Shown: positions 28,118-36,278 of the stretch, one piece after another
How positions within the stretch are numbered: the first letter of the stretch is position 1
Layout: every line of letters begins with the position of its first letter
Origin: a virus
Virus record (IMG/VR): IMGVR_UViG_3300033148_003693
Location: 1-39,665 of that record
Reading direction: 5' to 3' (one strand)
Length of the DNA stretch: 39,665 bases
The notes under the pieces: model-generated
Told to the model about the DNA's origin: nothing
The model's input: only the letters and a program-made list of their open reading frames with translations
Database searches by the model: none
Made by a program: the position numbers and the translations under genes

Positions 28118-28317
28118 GTAACCAACTTATCCAAATGCTTATTGATGAAGTACGTGAAAACCGTGTAGAAATTAAGCTTATGCGTGGTGACATAGCAAAG
28201 CTTGATAAACACGTGTTTTCAAACAAAATGAAGCTATCAATGTTCATAGGTGGGCTAAGTTTGTTTTTTAGTGTTGCTTGGGCTATCCTTTTTGAGAAGC
28301 TAAAAACAATATTATAA
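28114..28317 (+). CDS. Small C-terminally anchored membrane protein (67 aa), holin candidate
   Basis: Single hydrophobic segment LSMFIGGLSLFFSVAWAILF near the C-terminus. Lies in a cluster of small genes after the tail module. Confidence 0.4.
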   Translation: MSNQLIQMLIDEVRENRVEIKLMRGDIAKLDKHVFSNKMKLSMFIGGLSLFFSVAWAILFEKLKTIL

Positions 28318-28329
28318 GGAGCGTACAAA

Positions 28330-28521
28330 ATGCCAACAACTGAAGAAAAAGCAAAAATTGTAGAATTCAAAGATGGAAAAATCAAGATTGAATTTTCTAA
28401 AGAAATTGATACCAACAAAGATGGTGAACCAGTGGCCGGTGTATCTATCAGTCTATGGGTTGACCTAGCTGAAATACCTGATGAAGCTTTATCAGCTTGG
28501 AAGGCTAAAAAAGCTAAGTAA
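28330..28521 (+). CDS. Hypothetical small protein (63 aa)
   Basis: ORF track. AAGGAG SD upstream. Confidence 0.6.
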   Translation: MPTTEEKAKIVEFKDGKIKIEFSKEIDTNKDGEPVAGVSISLWVDLAEIPDEALSAWKAKKAK

Positions 28522-28703
28522 TGGTTAACTACTTAATCAAAATACTTATACAAGAAATAATCAGTGCGGTCACCAAGGCCGTAACTGATTATTTTAAGTG
28601 GAAGGCTAAGGCCAAAGAAAATCAAGAAACTGCTAAGGATATTGTAAGTGAAAAAGACCCTCAAAAACGTGCTGAACGTATGCGTGATTTTCTTAGTAGC
28701 TAG
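28521..28703 (+). CDS. Small protein (60 aa) with a hydrophobic/amphipathic N-terminus; overlaps the lipoprotein gene out of frame
   Basis: ORF track. MVNYLIKILIQEIISAVTKAV followed by a charged tail. Confidence 0.5.
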   Translation: MVNYLIKILIQEIISAVTKAVTDYFKWKAKAKENQETAKDIVSEKDPQKRAERMRDFLSS

Positions 28704-28950
28704 TTGCGGTACCTCATGTAAAAAGTTTGACTGGGACCCTAAGCCTTACGTTGGTGACTCTACAAAACAACAACTAATAAATTTTAATGGTGAAACTGTT
28801 AGGTGTGATCAGCCTGAATTTGACACCTTCACGTGCTTTGACCCTGTTAATATAGCTGACTTAAAAACTGCTATAGATAAAGTCAATATGACTAAAAAAC
28901 AGCGTAAAAAGGTCAACAAACTATTCAATAAAATTAAGCCTTTAAAGTAG
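28648..28950 (+). CDS. Lipoprotein (lipobox LVAS|C at Cys20), candidate o-spanin or superinfection-exclusion lipoprotein
   Basis: GTG start with AAGGA 8 nt upstream. MKKTLKNVLNVCVIFLVASC is a classic SPase II signal. The start lies 56 nt inside the preceding ORF, in another frame. Confidence 0.65.
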   Translation: MKKTLKNVLNVCVIFLVASCGTSCKKFDWDPKPYVGDSTKQQLINFNGETVRCDQPEFDTFTCFDPVNIADLKTAIDKVNMTKKQRKKVNKLFNKIKPLK

Positions 28951-29004
28951 GTAAAAACTACCGTAACATTTAAGTATCTGTAACTATTCCAAGGACGGGA
29001 ACCG

Positions 29005-29817
29005 TTGAAGATTACTTCTTTTGATAAGCCTAAAAGGGTCAACACATTATCCCTTTTAGTACTATCAGACATTCATAGTACCTACATTGACCAAGCGTCT
29101 TTTGAAACTGCTTTAAGGTTCTTTTTACAAACCCCTAAGAAACGTAGAAGGATAGTCTTACTGGGCGATGTTTTAGATTTTGAGGCCTTTGTAACTAAGT
29201 CTGAAACATATCAAGCTGCTAAGAAATTTAAAGACTTTGATGGCTACTTTGTACCTGAAGTTGAAAAAGAGTGGGCTTGGTGGGAATGGTTTTTAGCTGA
29301 ACTTATGCCTTTAGTAAGTGACTACAATGACATTTGGTTTTTTGAGGGTAACCATGAAGAACGGCTTAGAAGACCACATTTTACTAAGTTTATGCTTCAT
29401 GAATATGCCTATTTGTTTGATCTTAAAAAGCAGTTAAAGATTGAAGAACGTGGAATAAATTTTATCCCTTACAATGACTGGGTAAAAATATCTACAGCTT
29501 CAGGTGACTTAATGCTGACCCATGGGGTGTATTGTGGCGCTAACCCTATTAAAAAGCACGTAGATGTAGCCCGTTGTTCAGTTATGTTTGGTCATACACA
29601 TGAAAGGGGGGTTACTTCCTTTAAGACTGTAGAAGGGTCCTTTATGGGGTTTAATAACCCATGTTTATGCACTACCCAGCCTAGATACATGGAAGGTAGA
29701 CCACACAACTGGTCAGTGGGCTTTAGTACCATTCAAATAACTGATGAAGCTTTCTATGTTAACCAGTTCACAACGCATAAAGGGGTTCTTTATGATGCCC
29801 ACGGTAGAAAAATATGA
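29005..29817 (+). CDS. Calcineurin-like metallophosphoesterase
   Basis: Ordered MPP motifs LSDIHS, GDVLDF, GNHE, LTHG, GHTHERG. TTG start with AAGGA upstream. Confidence 0.8.
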   Translation: MKITSFDKPKRVNTLSLLVLSDIHSTYIDQASFETALRFFLQTPKKRRRIVLLGDVLDFEAFVTKSETYQAAKKFKDFDGYFVPEVEKEWAWWEWFLAELMPLVSDYNDIWFFEGNHEERLRRPHFTKFMLHEYAYLFDLKKQLKIEERGINFIPYNDWVKISTASGDLMLTHGVYCGANPIKKHVDVARCSVMFGHTHERGVTSFKTVEGSFMGFNNPCLCTTQPRYMEGRPHNWSVGFSTIQITDEAFYVNQFTTHKGVLYDAHGRKI

Positions 29818-30050
29818 CTAAGAAGTTCAAAGAAGGTAGCCTTTATAAGATAAGATTCTATGATCATTGTGTTGGGTCCCAAGATATAATGATTTGTGAG
29901 ACAACCGGCTGGTGCATTAAGGATGATGCCCAGCACGTTGTTTTATCCCATTGGATAGTTGACACCAAAGATAAACAAATCAAGAAGGATAATGTAGAAC
30001 CTGTAAGCATTATTAAAAGCTGTATTATCCGCACCCGAAAACTTGCTTAG
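29814..30050 (+). CDS. Hypothetical protein (78 aa), last gene of the rightward arm
   Basis: ORF track. ATGA overlap with the MPP gene. Confidence 0.6.
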   Translation: MTKKFKEGSLYKIRFYDHCVGSQDIMICETTGWCIKDDAQHVVLSHWIVDTKDKQIKKDNVEPVSIIKSCIIRTRKLA

Positions 30051-30342
30051 TTTTTAAATCAATAGTATCTAGAACGGTATTCATAGTATATGGGTAAACT
30101 ATGTATGATAGTCCACCGGCACGTTTATGTTCTAGTAGTTTAACTAATTGTAGTGGGGCTAGAACACCGTTTTCAATTTTAAGTTCTACTCTTATTGATC
30201 TACCACGCACACATATTACACGGTCAGCTGTACCAATAATACCAACTTGCTGTATGTTCTCATTGGTACAGTCTTTACCGAATCTTTTAGTTATGGCCGC
30301 ATCAAACTTTTCACCGAATATAGTTTCAGGTTTTTTAGCCAT
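30025..30342 (-). CDS. VRR-NUC / PD-(D/E)xK-type nuclease
   Basis: GTADRVICVRGRSIRVELKIENGVLAPLQ fits the remembered VRR-NUC pattern G-x-(P/A)-D ... E-x-K ... G-x-L-x-x-x-Q. Confidence 0.5.
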   Translation of the reverse strand: MAKKPETIFGEKFDAAITKRFGKDCTNENIQQVGIIGTADRVICVRGRSIRVELKIENGVLAPLQLVKLLEHKRAGGLSYIVYPYTMNTVLDTIDLKTKQVFGCG

Positions 30343-31135
30343 CTATAACACTTACTAGTTCATTGTTAATAATATCAAACCCTAAGCAAAAGTTAGCTAT
30401 GGCTTGGGCATTATTTTTAAGTCCTTCACCTTCCATTATTTGACGTGCTGTAGGTGTAGCTTTAGCAATAAAAGCTTCTTCTAATAGCATAACTACCTTA
30501 CAGCCACAATCATCATAAACATCTAGATTATAGTCACCGCGCTTTTTCCTAGTGGTCCAGCGTATGCCTTTATAGCCCCTTAAAGGTGAGTCACCTATAT
30601 GAAAATTTAAAAGCCTGATCATACGTAAAGCTTCTTCTTCAGCAAAGGTGCCTTTGTACTTTTCTTGCATTAGAATCTCTAGTCCCTCTACATCACTATC
30701 ATGCCCAACACTATTTTTATGGCCTGATATAACAACATCAGGCTTCCATTTTTCTAATTGTCTACCTACACCTTTGATACCTACCCCATCCCTTTTGAAT
30801 AGTTTCACGGCCATGGACATACTTACTAAATCAATGAACTTTTTTGCCCAACCTAGAACGTAGCCACTTATATCATATTCCCTTCTTTTTTCTATCTTTT
30901 GGGGGGAGTCAAAGAAGTCTAAAGGCATTTTAACAGGGTAAGAAGAACACCCACTTTTTGAATCTGTGTGTGCTTGTATTAAAGCTACTCTTTTATATAG
31001 TCTATGCTTACCTTCATTTCTACGGTTTATTTCGTCCTCTACCGCGCTACTTCCTACAGTAACTTCAATAGGTTTTGTTCTATGTGTAAGGAGTCTTCTT
31101 GCTTTTCGCCATTTACTTCTAAGCCATTTAAACAT
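30335..31135 (-). CDS. N-acetylmuramoyl-L-alanine amidase (Amidase_3-like), endolysin candidate
   Basis: Colinear with remembered Amidase_3 blocks: VALIQAHTDS (GHGG block), EYD, KPDVVISGHKNS (ISIHANA block), LRGYKG, VVMLLEEAFI (VLVExGF block). Confidence 0.55.
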   Translation of the reverse strand: MFKWLRSKWRKARRLLTHRTKPIEVTVGSSAVEDEINRRNEGKHRLYKRVALIQAHTDSKSGCSSYPVKMPLDFFDSPQKIEKRREYDISGYVLGWAKKFIDLVSMSMAVKLFKRDGVGIKGVGRQLEKWKPDVVISGHKNSVGHDSDVEGLEILMQEKYKGTFAEEEALRMIRLLNFHIGDSPLRGYKGIRWTTRKKRGDYNLDVYDDCGCKVVMLLEEAFIAKATPTARQIMEGEGLKNNAQAIANFCLGFDIINNELVSVIDG

Positions 31136-32945
31136 TGTATTTTTCCTTGTTATACCAGTCAGTTAAACTAAAATCTATTCCAGCGGTCAACGGTAAGTAT
31201 CTATGTGGGTAAGCTTCTTCCATTATTTTACAAATATATTCAGCTGTAGACATTACTTGTCCTACAGGCATTTCAAAGATGCCTTCATCATGAACCGTCA
31301 AAAGCATGAATACATCAGTATCACTAATATAATCATCTATTTGGTTCATAGCAAGTTTAGCAACATCACCACACCCACCCTGTATATAATGGTTAGGGGT
31401 TCTATAAGAAGCATCTAAGATACGTCTACCAAACCAGTTAACTATAAACCCACGCTTTTTAGCTACTTCTTGGATAGATTTTACTAAGGCCTGTACCCTT
31501 CTAAGGGTTGTGAAATATTTCTTCTTCAGTCTCTTAGCTTCCAGTAATAGAATCTTTAAAGCATCAGCTAACTTTTGGGCACCACCACCATATAGAAGCA
31601 TGAAGTTAAGGGTTTTTGCTGGTTCACGTTCTACTTCCATCATTTCAGCAGTAGCGGTATGTACATCTAAACCGTTTAGAATCTTTTTAATAGTAGGAAG
31701 TTCACCAGCTATATCTAGAAGTAGGCGGTATTCCATTTGATCCCAGTCAATCATTACAAACTTACACCCTTCACGTGGTATAAAGCATTTTCTCACAGGG
31801 TACTTACTGCTGTCTTCACCACGCTTGGGTACATTTTGTAAGTTAGGTCCACGACTAGATAACCTACCCGTAGAAGTACCACCTTGAACAAATGTACAAT
31901 GAAGTATATCGTCTTCACCGGCCATATCTAAATAGTTCTTAAAATATGTAGTAGCTCTTTTATAGTGCTTCCTAGCAGCTACAATAATTTCAGTCAGTTC
32001 ATTATCAGGTAAGTTTTCAGCTGAATAAGAATCATTACCCTTTTCAGTTTTACCAGCGGTCAGCCCTAGTTTTTTAAAGGCTAGTTTATAACAGGCCGGT
32101 GCATCTTGAAATTCAATACCGTCAGTTAGGGCATAGAATTTAGAACACGCTGTATTGTATTGGTCAATTTCATAAGCATAAGCTTCTTCACAATACTTAC
32201 GGTCAATCTTTACACCTTTAGCTTCCATTCTGAACAAAGTTTTAGTTAATCTTATTTCATTATTAACTACATTCATAAGGTCAGGTAACCCCATATCTTC
32301 TTGTTCTTTAGCTAATTCAGCTAATCTAGCTTCAATATATCTACCAAGTTCAAAAGTTACTCTACCATCTTGCATACCATAGGCTGAAATAATATCAAAT
32401 GGTACAAGATTAAAATGAAGATCACGCCTAGGGTTTTTCTTCCCTACATCTACTTCAGTGTATAGTTTATTTTTTAGAATATACTTCATTACCTTATCGT
32501 CTTTATCAAAACCAATAAGGGCACCAAGATTAGATAAACTATATGAGGGTAATTGGTTATTAACTAATCTAGCTAAGGCCTGTGTGCAAAAGATTCTAGA
32601 CTTAAATTTAATACCTAACTTTTCAACATTCAAAAAGTGCATATCAAACTTAGCATTTTGCATATAAATAGTATTATCAGGGTTGTCTAAAATACCCCTT
32701 AACCTTTTCATAGCTTTTCTAGGTAGAATTGTTTCAGCTGGTGCCTTGTTACCTAGATGGTCAGGGGTATCATCAAAGTTAAAATAAAAATCATCTTTGT
32801 AAGTAGATACGATAATAGAAAATAGTCTATCTTTAAGGTAAGCATGGAAGCCTGAAGTTTCAGTATCTAAACTAAAAACACCATGACATTCTAATTCAAA
32901 CATTACCGCATCTAGATTTTCATTTGTTACGTGTATTCGTGCCAT
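31128..32945 (-). CDS. Family A DNA polymerase with 3'-5' exonuclease domain
   Basis: Exo I LDTETSG, Exo II NAKFDMHFL, Exo III YGMQD. GRLSSRGPNLQNVP. Motif A DWDQMEYRLL, motif B REPAKTLNFMLLYGGG, motif C TVHDE. Confidence 0.95.
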   Translation of the reverse strand: MARIHVTNENLDAVMFELECHGVFSLDTETSGFHAYLKDRLFSIIVSTYKDDFYFNFDDTPDHLGNKAPAETILPRKAMKRLRGILDNPDNTIYMQNAKFDMHFLNVEKLGIKFKSRIFCTQALARLVNNQLPSYSLSNLGALIGFDKDDKVMKYILKNKLYTEVDVGKKNPRRDLHFNLVPFDIISAYGMQDGRVTFELGRYIEARLAELAKEQEDMGLPDLMNVVNNEIRLTKTLFRMEAKGVKIDRKYCEEAYAYEIDQYNTACSKFYALTDGIEFQDAPACYKLAFKKLGLTAGKTEKGNDSYSAENLPDNELTEIIVAARKHYKRATTYFKNYLDMAGEDDILHCTFVQGGTSTGRLSSRGPNLQNVPKRGEDSSKYPVRKCFIPREGCKFVMIDWDQMEYRLLLDIAGELPTIKKILNGLDVHTATAEMMEVEREPAKTLNFMLLYGGGAQKLADALKILLLEAKRLKKKYFTTLRRVQALVKSIQEVAKKRGFIVNWFGRRILDASYRTPNHYIQGGCGDVAKLAMNQIDDYISDTDVFMLLTVHDEGIFEMPVGQVMSTAEYICKIMEEAYPHRYLPLTAGIDFSLTDWYNKEKYNV

Positions 32946-33167
32946 TTAAAACCTCAACCCTATATCGTGAAATTCTTTTGTGCCATCTAATAAATTTACT
33001 TTCAAATGTTCATCACTAGATACTTCTAAAGTCACAAATTTATTAGCTATCTTAAGTTGAATCATAACTCTACTAGGACAGTGTTTTACAACGGTAAGTT
33101 TACCTTCTAGGTCACCTAAATACCCTACATTATCTATATCTCTAGTGAAAAAACATTCTACTTCCAT
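32946..33167 (-). CDS. Hypothetical protein (73 aa)
   Basis: ORF track. Its stop abuts the polymerase ATG. Confidence 0.65.
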   Translation of the reverse strand: MEVECFFTRDIDNVGYLGDLEGKLTVVKHCPSRVMIQLKIANKFVTLEVSSDEHLKVNLLDGTKEFHDIGLRF

Positions 33168-33328
33168 TATTCAGCCTTTGTTTTAATTTCTGTTAGTAAG
33201 TCATCTACAAATTCGGATAGTGTTGAATATCCTAGCTTCTTATAATTAGCTTTTAACCATTTTTTAATACTGGGTTTTACGTTAACGTAAAGTATGTCAC
33301 TACGCTTTTCTTTTCGCTTGATAGTCAT
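33167..33328 (-). CDS. Ribbon-helix-helix (Arc/CopG/MetJ-type) DNA-binding protein, 53 aa
   Basis: Hand translation: MTIKRKEKRSDILYVNVKPSIKKWLKANYKKLGYSTLSEFVDDLLTEIKTKAE. Beta-strand/helix/helix pattern typical of RHH. ATGA and TAATG overlaps with both neighbours. Confidence 0.6.
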   Translation of the reverse strand: MTIKRKEKRSDILYVNVKPSIKKWLKANYKKLGYSTLSEFVDDLLTEIKTKAE

Positions 33329-33639
33329 TTCTTACGCTTCCTTCCAAATGGGCCATAAATATGGTCACCAGTAAACCACCTATGAATTCTATAAATAGTT
33401 CTCTTTATTTTTTCTTCCCTAGTCAAGTGTGTAACTTTAATTATGCCGTGTTGAATAGGTTTAAGTTTTTTATTAAATCGACAAGACTTTAAGCATCTTG
33501 TACACGCTAAACGGTTTATATTGTCTACCGTAATAATTCTAAAGGTTGAATATTCTAAGCAATGTCTACACACAGCTTTAGTAACTTTGCTGTAAGACGT
33601 ATTATGTTTGTTTCTTTCTTTGTATTTTACATTAGTCAT
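33325..33639 (-). CDS. Zinc-ribbon protein (104 aa; CRHC...CTRC)
   Basis: ORF track. Two CxxC pairs 25 residues apart. Basic. Confidence 0.6.
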   Translation of the reverse strand: MTNVKYKERNKHNTSYSKVTKAVCRHCLEYSTFRIITVDNINRLACTRCLKSCRFNKKLKPIQHGIIKVTHLTREEKIKRTIYRIHRWFTGDHIYGPFGRKRKK

Positions 33640-33640
33640 A

Positions 33641-33691
33641 AAAAGTCCAAAAAAGTGGGACGATTGCGCGCCACTATGGCCGTCCCACTTT
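33641..33691 (-). terminator. Rho-independent terminator / attenuator on the - strand
   Basis: - strand reads aagtgggacg-(18 nt)-cgtcccactt followed by tttt. An 11-bp GC-rich stem (33652-33662 / 33681-33691). Located 8 nt after the stop of the 58-aa gene and ending about 12 nt before the next ATG. Confidence 0.7.
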
Positions 33692-33698
33692 ACTTAAA

Positions 33699-33875
33699 TT
33701 AAGCGTTAAGGGCTAAAATTTTAGTATCTAAAAACTTAAATACTTTGTTGTTTTTAGCAGCAAAGGCCTGAAGGTTTTGCGCTTGCTTAACAGTCATAGT
33801 AATACCTGTATTAGCTTTGTTGTTGATCTTAGTAGCTTTTTTAACTACCTTTTTCTTTGCTGTCTTAGTGACCAT
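33699..33875 (-). CDS. 58-aa lysine-rich small protein (MVTKTAKKKVVKKATKINNKANTGITMTVKQAQNLQAFAAKNNKVFKFLDTKILALNA), possible DNA-binding protein
   Basis: Hand translation, below the track cutoff. Strong AAGGAG SD 6 nt upstream. Own terminator downstream. Confidence 0.6.
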   Translation of the reverse strand: MVTKTAKKKVVKKATKINNKANTGITMTVKQAQNLQAFAAKNNKVFKFLDTKILALNA

Positions 33876-33909
33876 GATAGTCTCCTTATATTAGGGCATA
33901 ATTGCCTTA

Positions 33910-34746
33910 TTAAAATTTAGGTTTTTCACCAGTAGCAGCTTCATTTTCAACTATTGTAGTTTCTACATAGTCATCACCATCTTCAGCTACTTCAGTGTAC
34001 GCATCTTTGTTAGTCATCATTTCACGCACCCAGTTTTCTACGGCTTCAATTTCTTCTTTTTCAATCATTCTACCCGCTGTGACTGTAGGGATATAATAAT
34101 CATCATCAGCTTGAACAAATTCAGAAGATAGTGTGAATACCTTAGCGTAGGAAGGTAGCTTTTGGACCTTACGCATTTTGAAGAAACTATTCTTAAGCTG
34201 TATGCCAGCTTGGTAACCTGATCTTTTGAAGTCTACCATGTAAGGGAACGCTACCCCTTCCATAACTTCTTCTACCTTAAGAACATAGAAGCGATTGATC
34301 ATATTAATCTGACCCTTAAGAATCATTTCTAGAGTTACACCAAGCTTTTCAGCACGTTCAGCTAGTTCAGCTGGTATTCTAGGGTTCTTACGTAGGTCTT
34401 CATTTTGTGGGTTATAGTCAATGGTACCTAAGTATTCAACTTTATCTTTACCTTTTGGTAAGAATTTCACTTCCCACAGCTTAGTATCATTCATAATAAA
34501 TAGATCAATACTAGTACCCATATCATTTTTTTCAACATTATTAATAAAGTTACCTACTGGTGCTTTTTCAGTGTTAAAAGCTGCTTTTGTCATGGCCTGA
34601 ATAAGCGTAAGTTTTGGTATTCGTAAATCAACGGCATCAAGTGTATCACCGGCTGAACCAAGGGACGCATCAAACGCACCAGCTAGTTCATTAGAAACTT
34701 CTGTACTTTGTTTTAGTGCTACTTCTTTACCTGTCTTTTTAGTCAT
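33910..34746 (-). CDS. Hypothetical 278-aa protein; weak candidate for an ssDNA-binding/annealing protein
   Basis: ORF track. Sits in the replication/recombination arm. Acidic C-terminal region ending in an aromatic residue (...EDGDDYVE...KPKF) is loosely reminiscent of T7 gp2.5-type SSBs. No motif-level match. Confidence 0.25.
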   Translation of the reverse strand: MTKKTGKEVALKQSTEVSNELAGAFDASLGSAGDTLDAVDLRIPKLTLIQAMTKAAFNTEKAPVGNFINNVEKNDMGTSIDLFIMNDTKLWEVKFLPKGKDKVEYLGTIDYNPQNEDLRKNPRIPAELAERAEKLGVTLEMILKGQINMINRFYVLKVEEVMEGVAFPYMVDFKRSGYQAGIQLKNSFFKMRKVQKLPSYAKVFTLSSEFVQADDDYYIPTVTAGRMIEKEEIEAVENWVREMMTNKDAYTEVAEDGDDYVETTIVENEAATGEKPKF

Positions 34747-34790
34747 CTTAATATTCCTTGTTATTGTTAACCTAGCCCTATGCTAGTAAG

Positions 34791-35024
34791 TTATTCATTT
34801 GGTGTTTGTTCACCGCTATCGGCTGGTTTATTAGCTTCAGCTTCCATTGACTTAAGATTTTGTTCTTCTAGCCCTTGAAATTGTTTAAGATGAAATGCGT
34901 ACATTTTATCATCAGAATTAATGTGTAATGGTTCACCACCATCTACATAATAAACTGTGATACATTCATCAGTTAGTACAACTGTTTTAATACCCTGTTG
35001 TGCGAATAATAGTGTGCTTGTCAT
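34791..35024 (-). CDS. Hypothetical protein (77 aa)
   Basis: ORF track. AAGGAAG SD lies within the 23-bp repeat copy upstream. Confidence 0.65.
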   Translation of the reverse strand: MTSTLLFAQQGIKTVVLTDECITVYYVDGGEPLHINSDDKMYAFHLKQFQGLEEQNLKSMEAEANKPADSGEQTPNE

Positions 35025-35026
35025 GA

Positions 35027-35049
35027 TTTACTTCCTTTTGTTATTGGTT
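35027..35049. repeat. 23-bp direct repeat, copy A (tttacttccttttgttattggtt; - strand AACCAATAACAAAAGGAAGTAAA)
   Basis: Identical to 35745..35767. Contains the SD for the 34791..35024 gene. Confidence 0.9.
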
Positions 35050-35061
35050 TAAATATTATAT

Positions 35062-35357
<296 letters not shown>

Positions 35358-35370
<13 letters not shown>

Positions 35371-35744
35371 TCTATAGCACCATATAGATTAGTCACGGCA
35401 GTTTCAGTCATCGGTATAATTTCAATAACTCTATTTAATAGAATTTCATTTACTGCCATTGTTATTTTACAACTTTCAATAGACTTACTTCCTTCCATAG
35501 CTAACTGTGAAAGTGTGGCTGCTTTTTGCCAACTATACACACGTCTAGAATCTTTTAGAATGGCCTCTTGACCTACTTTTTCTACTAAAGTGCCAAAATG
35601 TACGCCCGCTGAATAAGTACGCACCATAACCTTAAGTCCTACAAACTTATCATTAAGGTTAGTAGTTCTTGATTCTTCAGGGGGCATTTTATTAACCCCT
35701 GTAATCTCTTCTTTTAAAATTTCTTTTAATAAATCACGTAACAT
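35358..35744 (-). CDS. Conserved-looking phage protein of unknown function (128 aa from ATG 35744)
   Basis: The track ORF extends to 35864, but ATG 35744 has AAGGAAG upstream and starts 2 nt after the Zn-ribbon ORF stop. VMVRTYSAGVHFGTL...ATLSQLAMEG...IEIIP resembles a widespread uncharacterised phage family (recalled, not verified). Confidence 0.6.
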
Positions 35745-35767
35745 TTTACTTCCTTTTGTTATTGGTT
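35745..35767. repeat. 23-bp direct repeat, copy B
   Basis: Identical to 35027..35049. Contains the last codons and stop of the Zn-ribbon ORF plus the SD for the 35358..35744 gene. Confidence 0.9.
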
Positions 35768-35943
35768 CTACAGCTATTACATTGATAGCCTTTTTCTGGT
35801 ATATCCCGCCAACCCCGTGGTAATTTTGTATTAAATTCGGCCCTATAAGGTGACCACGTACCACAAAAGTTACAGTGAAGTGTTACGGGTTCTATAGGTT
35901 GTTTGTCCATAATAAATTGGTTGGCTTCTTGTTCTATTGACAT
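35746..35943 (-). CDS. Zinc-ribbon protein (65 aa; CNFC...CNSC)
   Basis: ORF track. Two CxxC pairs. ATGA-type overlap with the upstream gene. Confidence 0.55.
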   Translation of the reverse strand: MSIEQEANQFIMDKQPIEPVTLHCNFCGTWSPYRAEFNTKLPRGWRDIPEKGYQCNSCRTNNKRK

Positions 35944-36278
35944 TATTTTTTAGTCCATGGTGGTGGTTCAGGGTAGGTTATAGCTCCCTTAGCATACTTA
36001 AAGTTATTTCCTTTAAAGTATTTAATCCACATATCGGGCTGCTCTTCACCAATACCTTTTACTATAAAACAAATATCAGGGTAAGTTATAGCTAAAATTT
36101 TAAGATGTTCCTCATGTTCATACCACTTAAAGGTATCTTCACTTTTTATCTCTTTGAAGACGTCCCTGTAAAAGGTGTATTCTGAAACTTTTTCAAGTTC
36201 TATGCGTACTTCTTCAACTTTAGCTTCATCTATATCTTCACCTATTAATTGAATAGAGAAGTCCGTGTAATAACCCAT
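35943..36278 (-). CDS. Hypothetical protein (111 aa)
   Basis: ORF track. Overlapping stop/start at both ends. Confidence 0.65.
   Translation of the reverse strand: MGYYTDFSIQLIGEDIDEAKVEEVRIELEKVSEYTFYRDVFKEIKSEDTFKWYEHEEHLKILAITYPDICFIVKGIGEEQPDMWIKYFKGNNFKYAKGAITYPEPPPWTKK

Noticed and set aside
28030-28418. - strand ORFs 28030..28212 and 28095..28418 across the small-gene cluster
   Set aside because: They are antisense to well-supported + strand genes that have SDs and coupling, and they lack RBSs.
30101-30358. + strand 85-aa ORF
   Set aside because: It lies entirely antisense within the VRR-NUC-like gene, past the end of the rightward arm, and has no SD.
35745-35864. N-terminal 40 aa of the 168-aa track ORF (35358..35864)
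   Set aside because: It overlaps the Zn-ribbon ORF 35746..35943 out of frame. The internal ATG 35744 has a consensus AAGGAAG SD and starts right after that ORF's stop.
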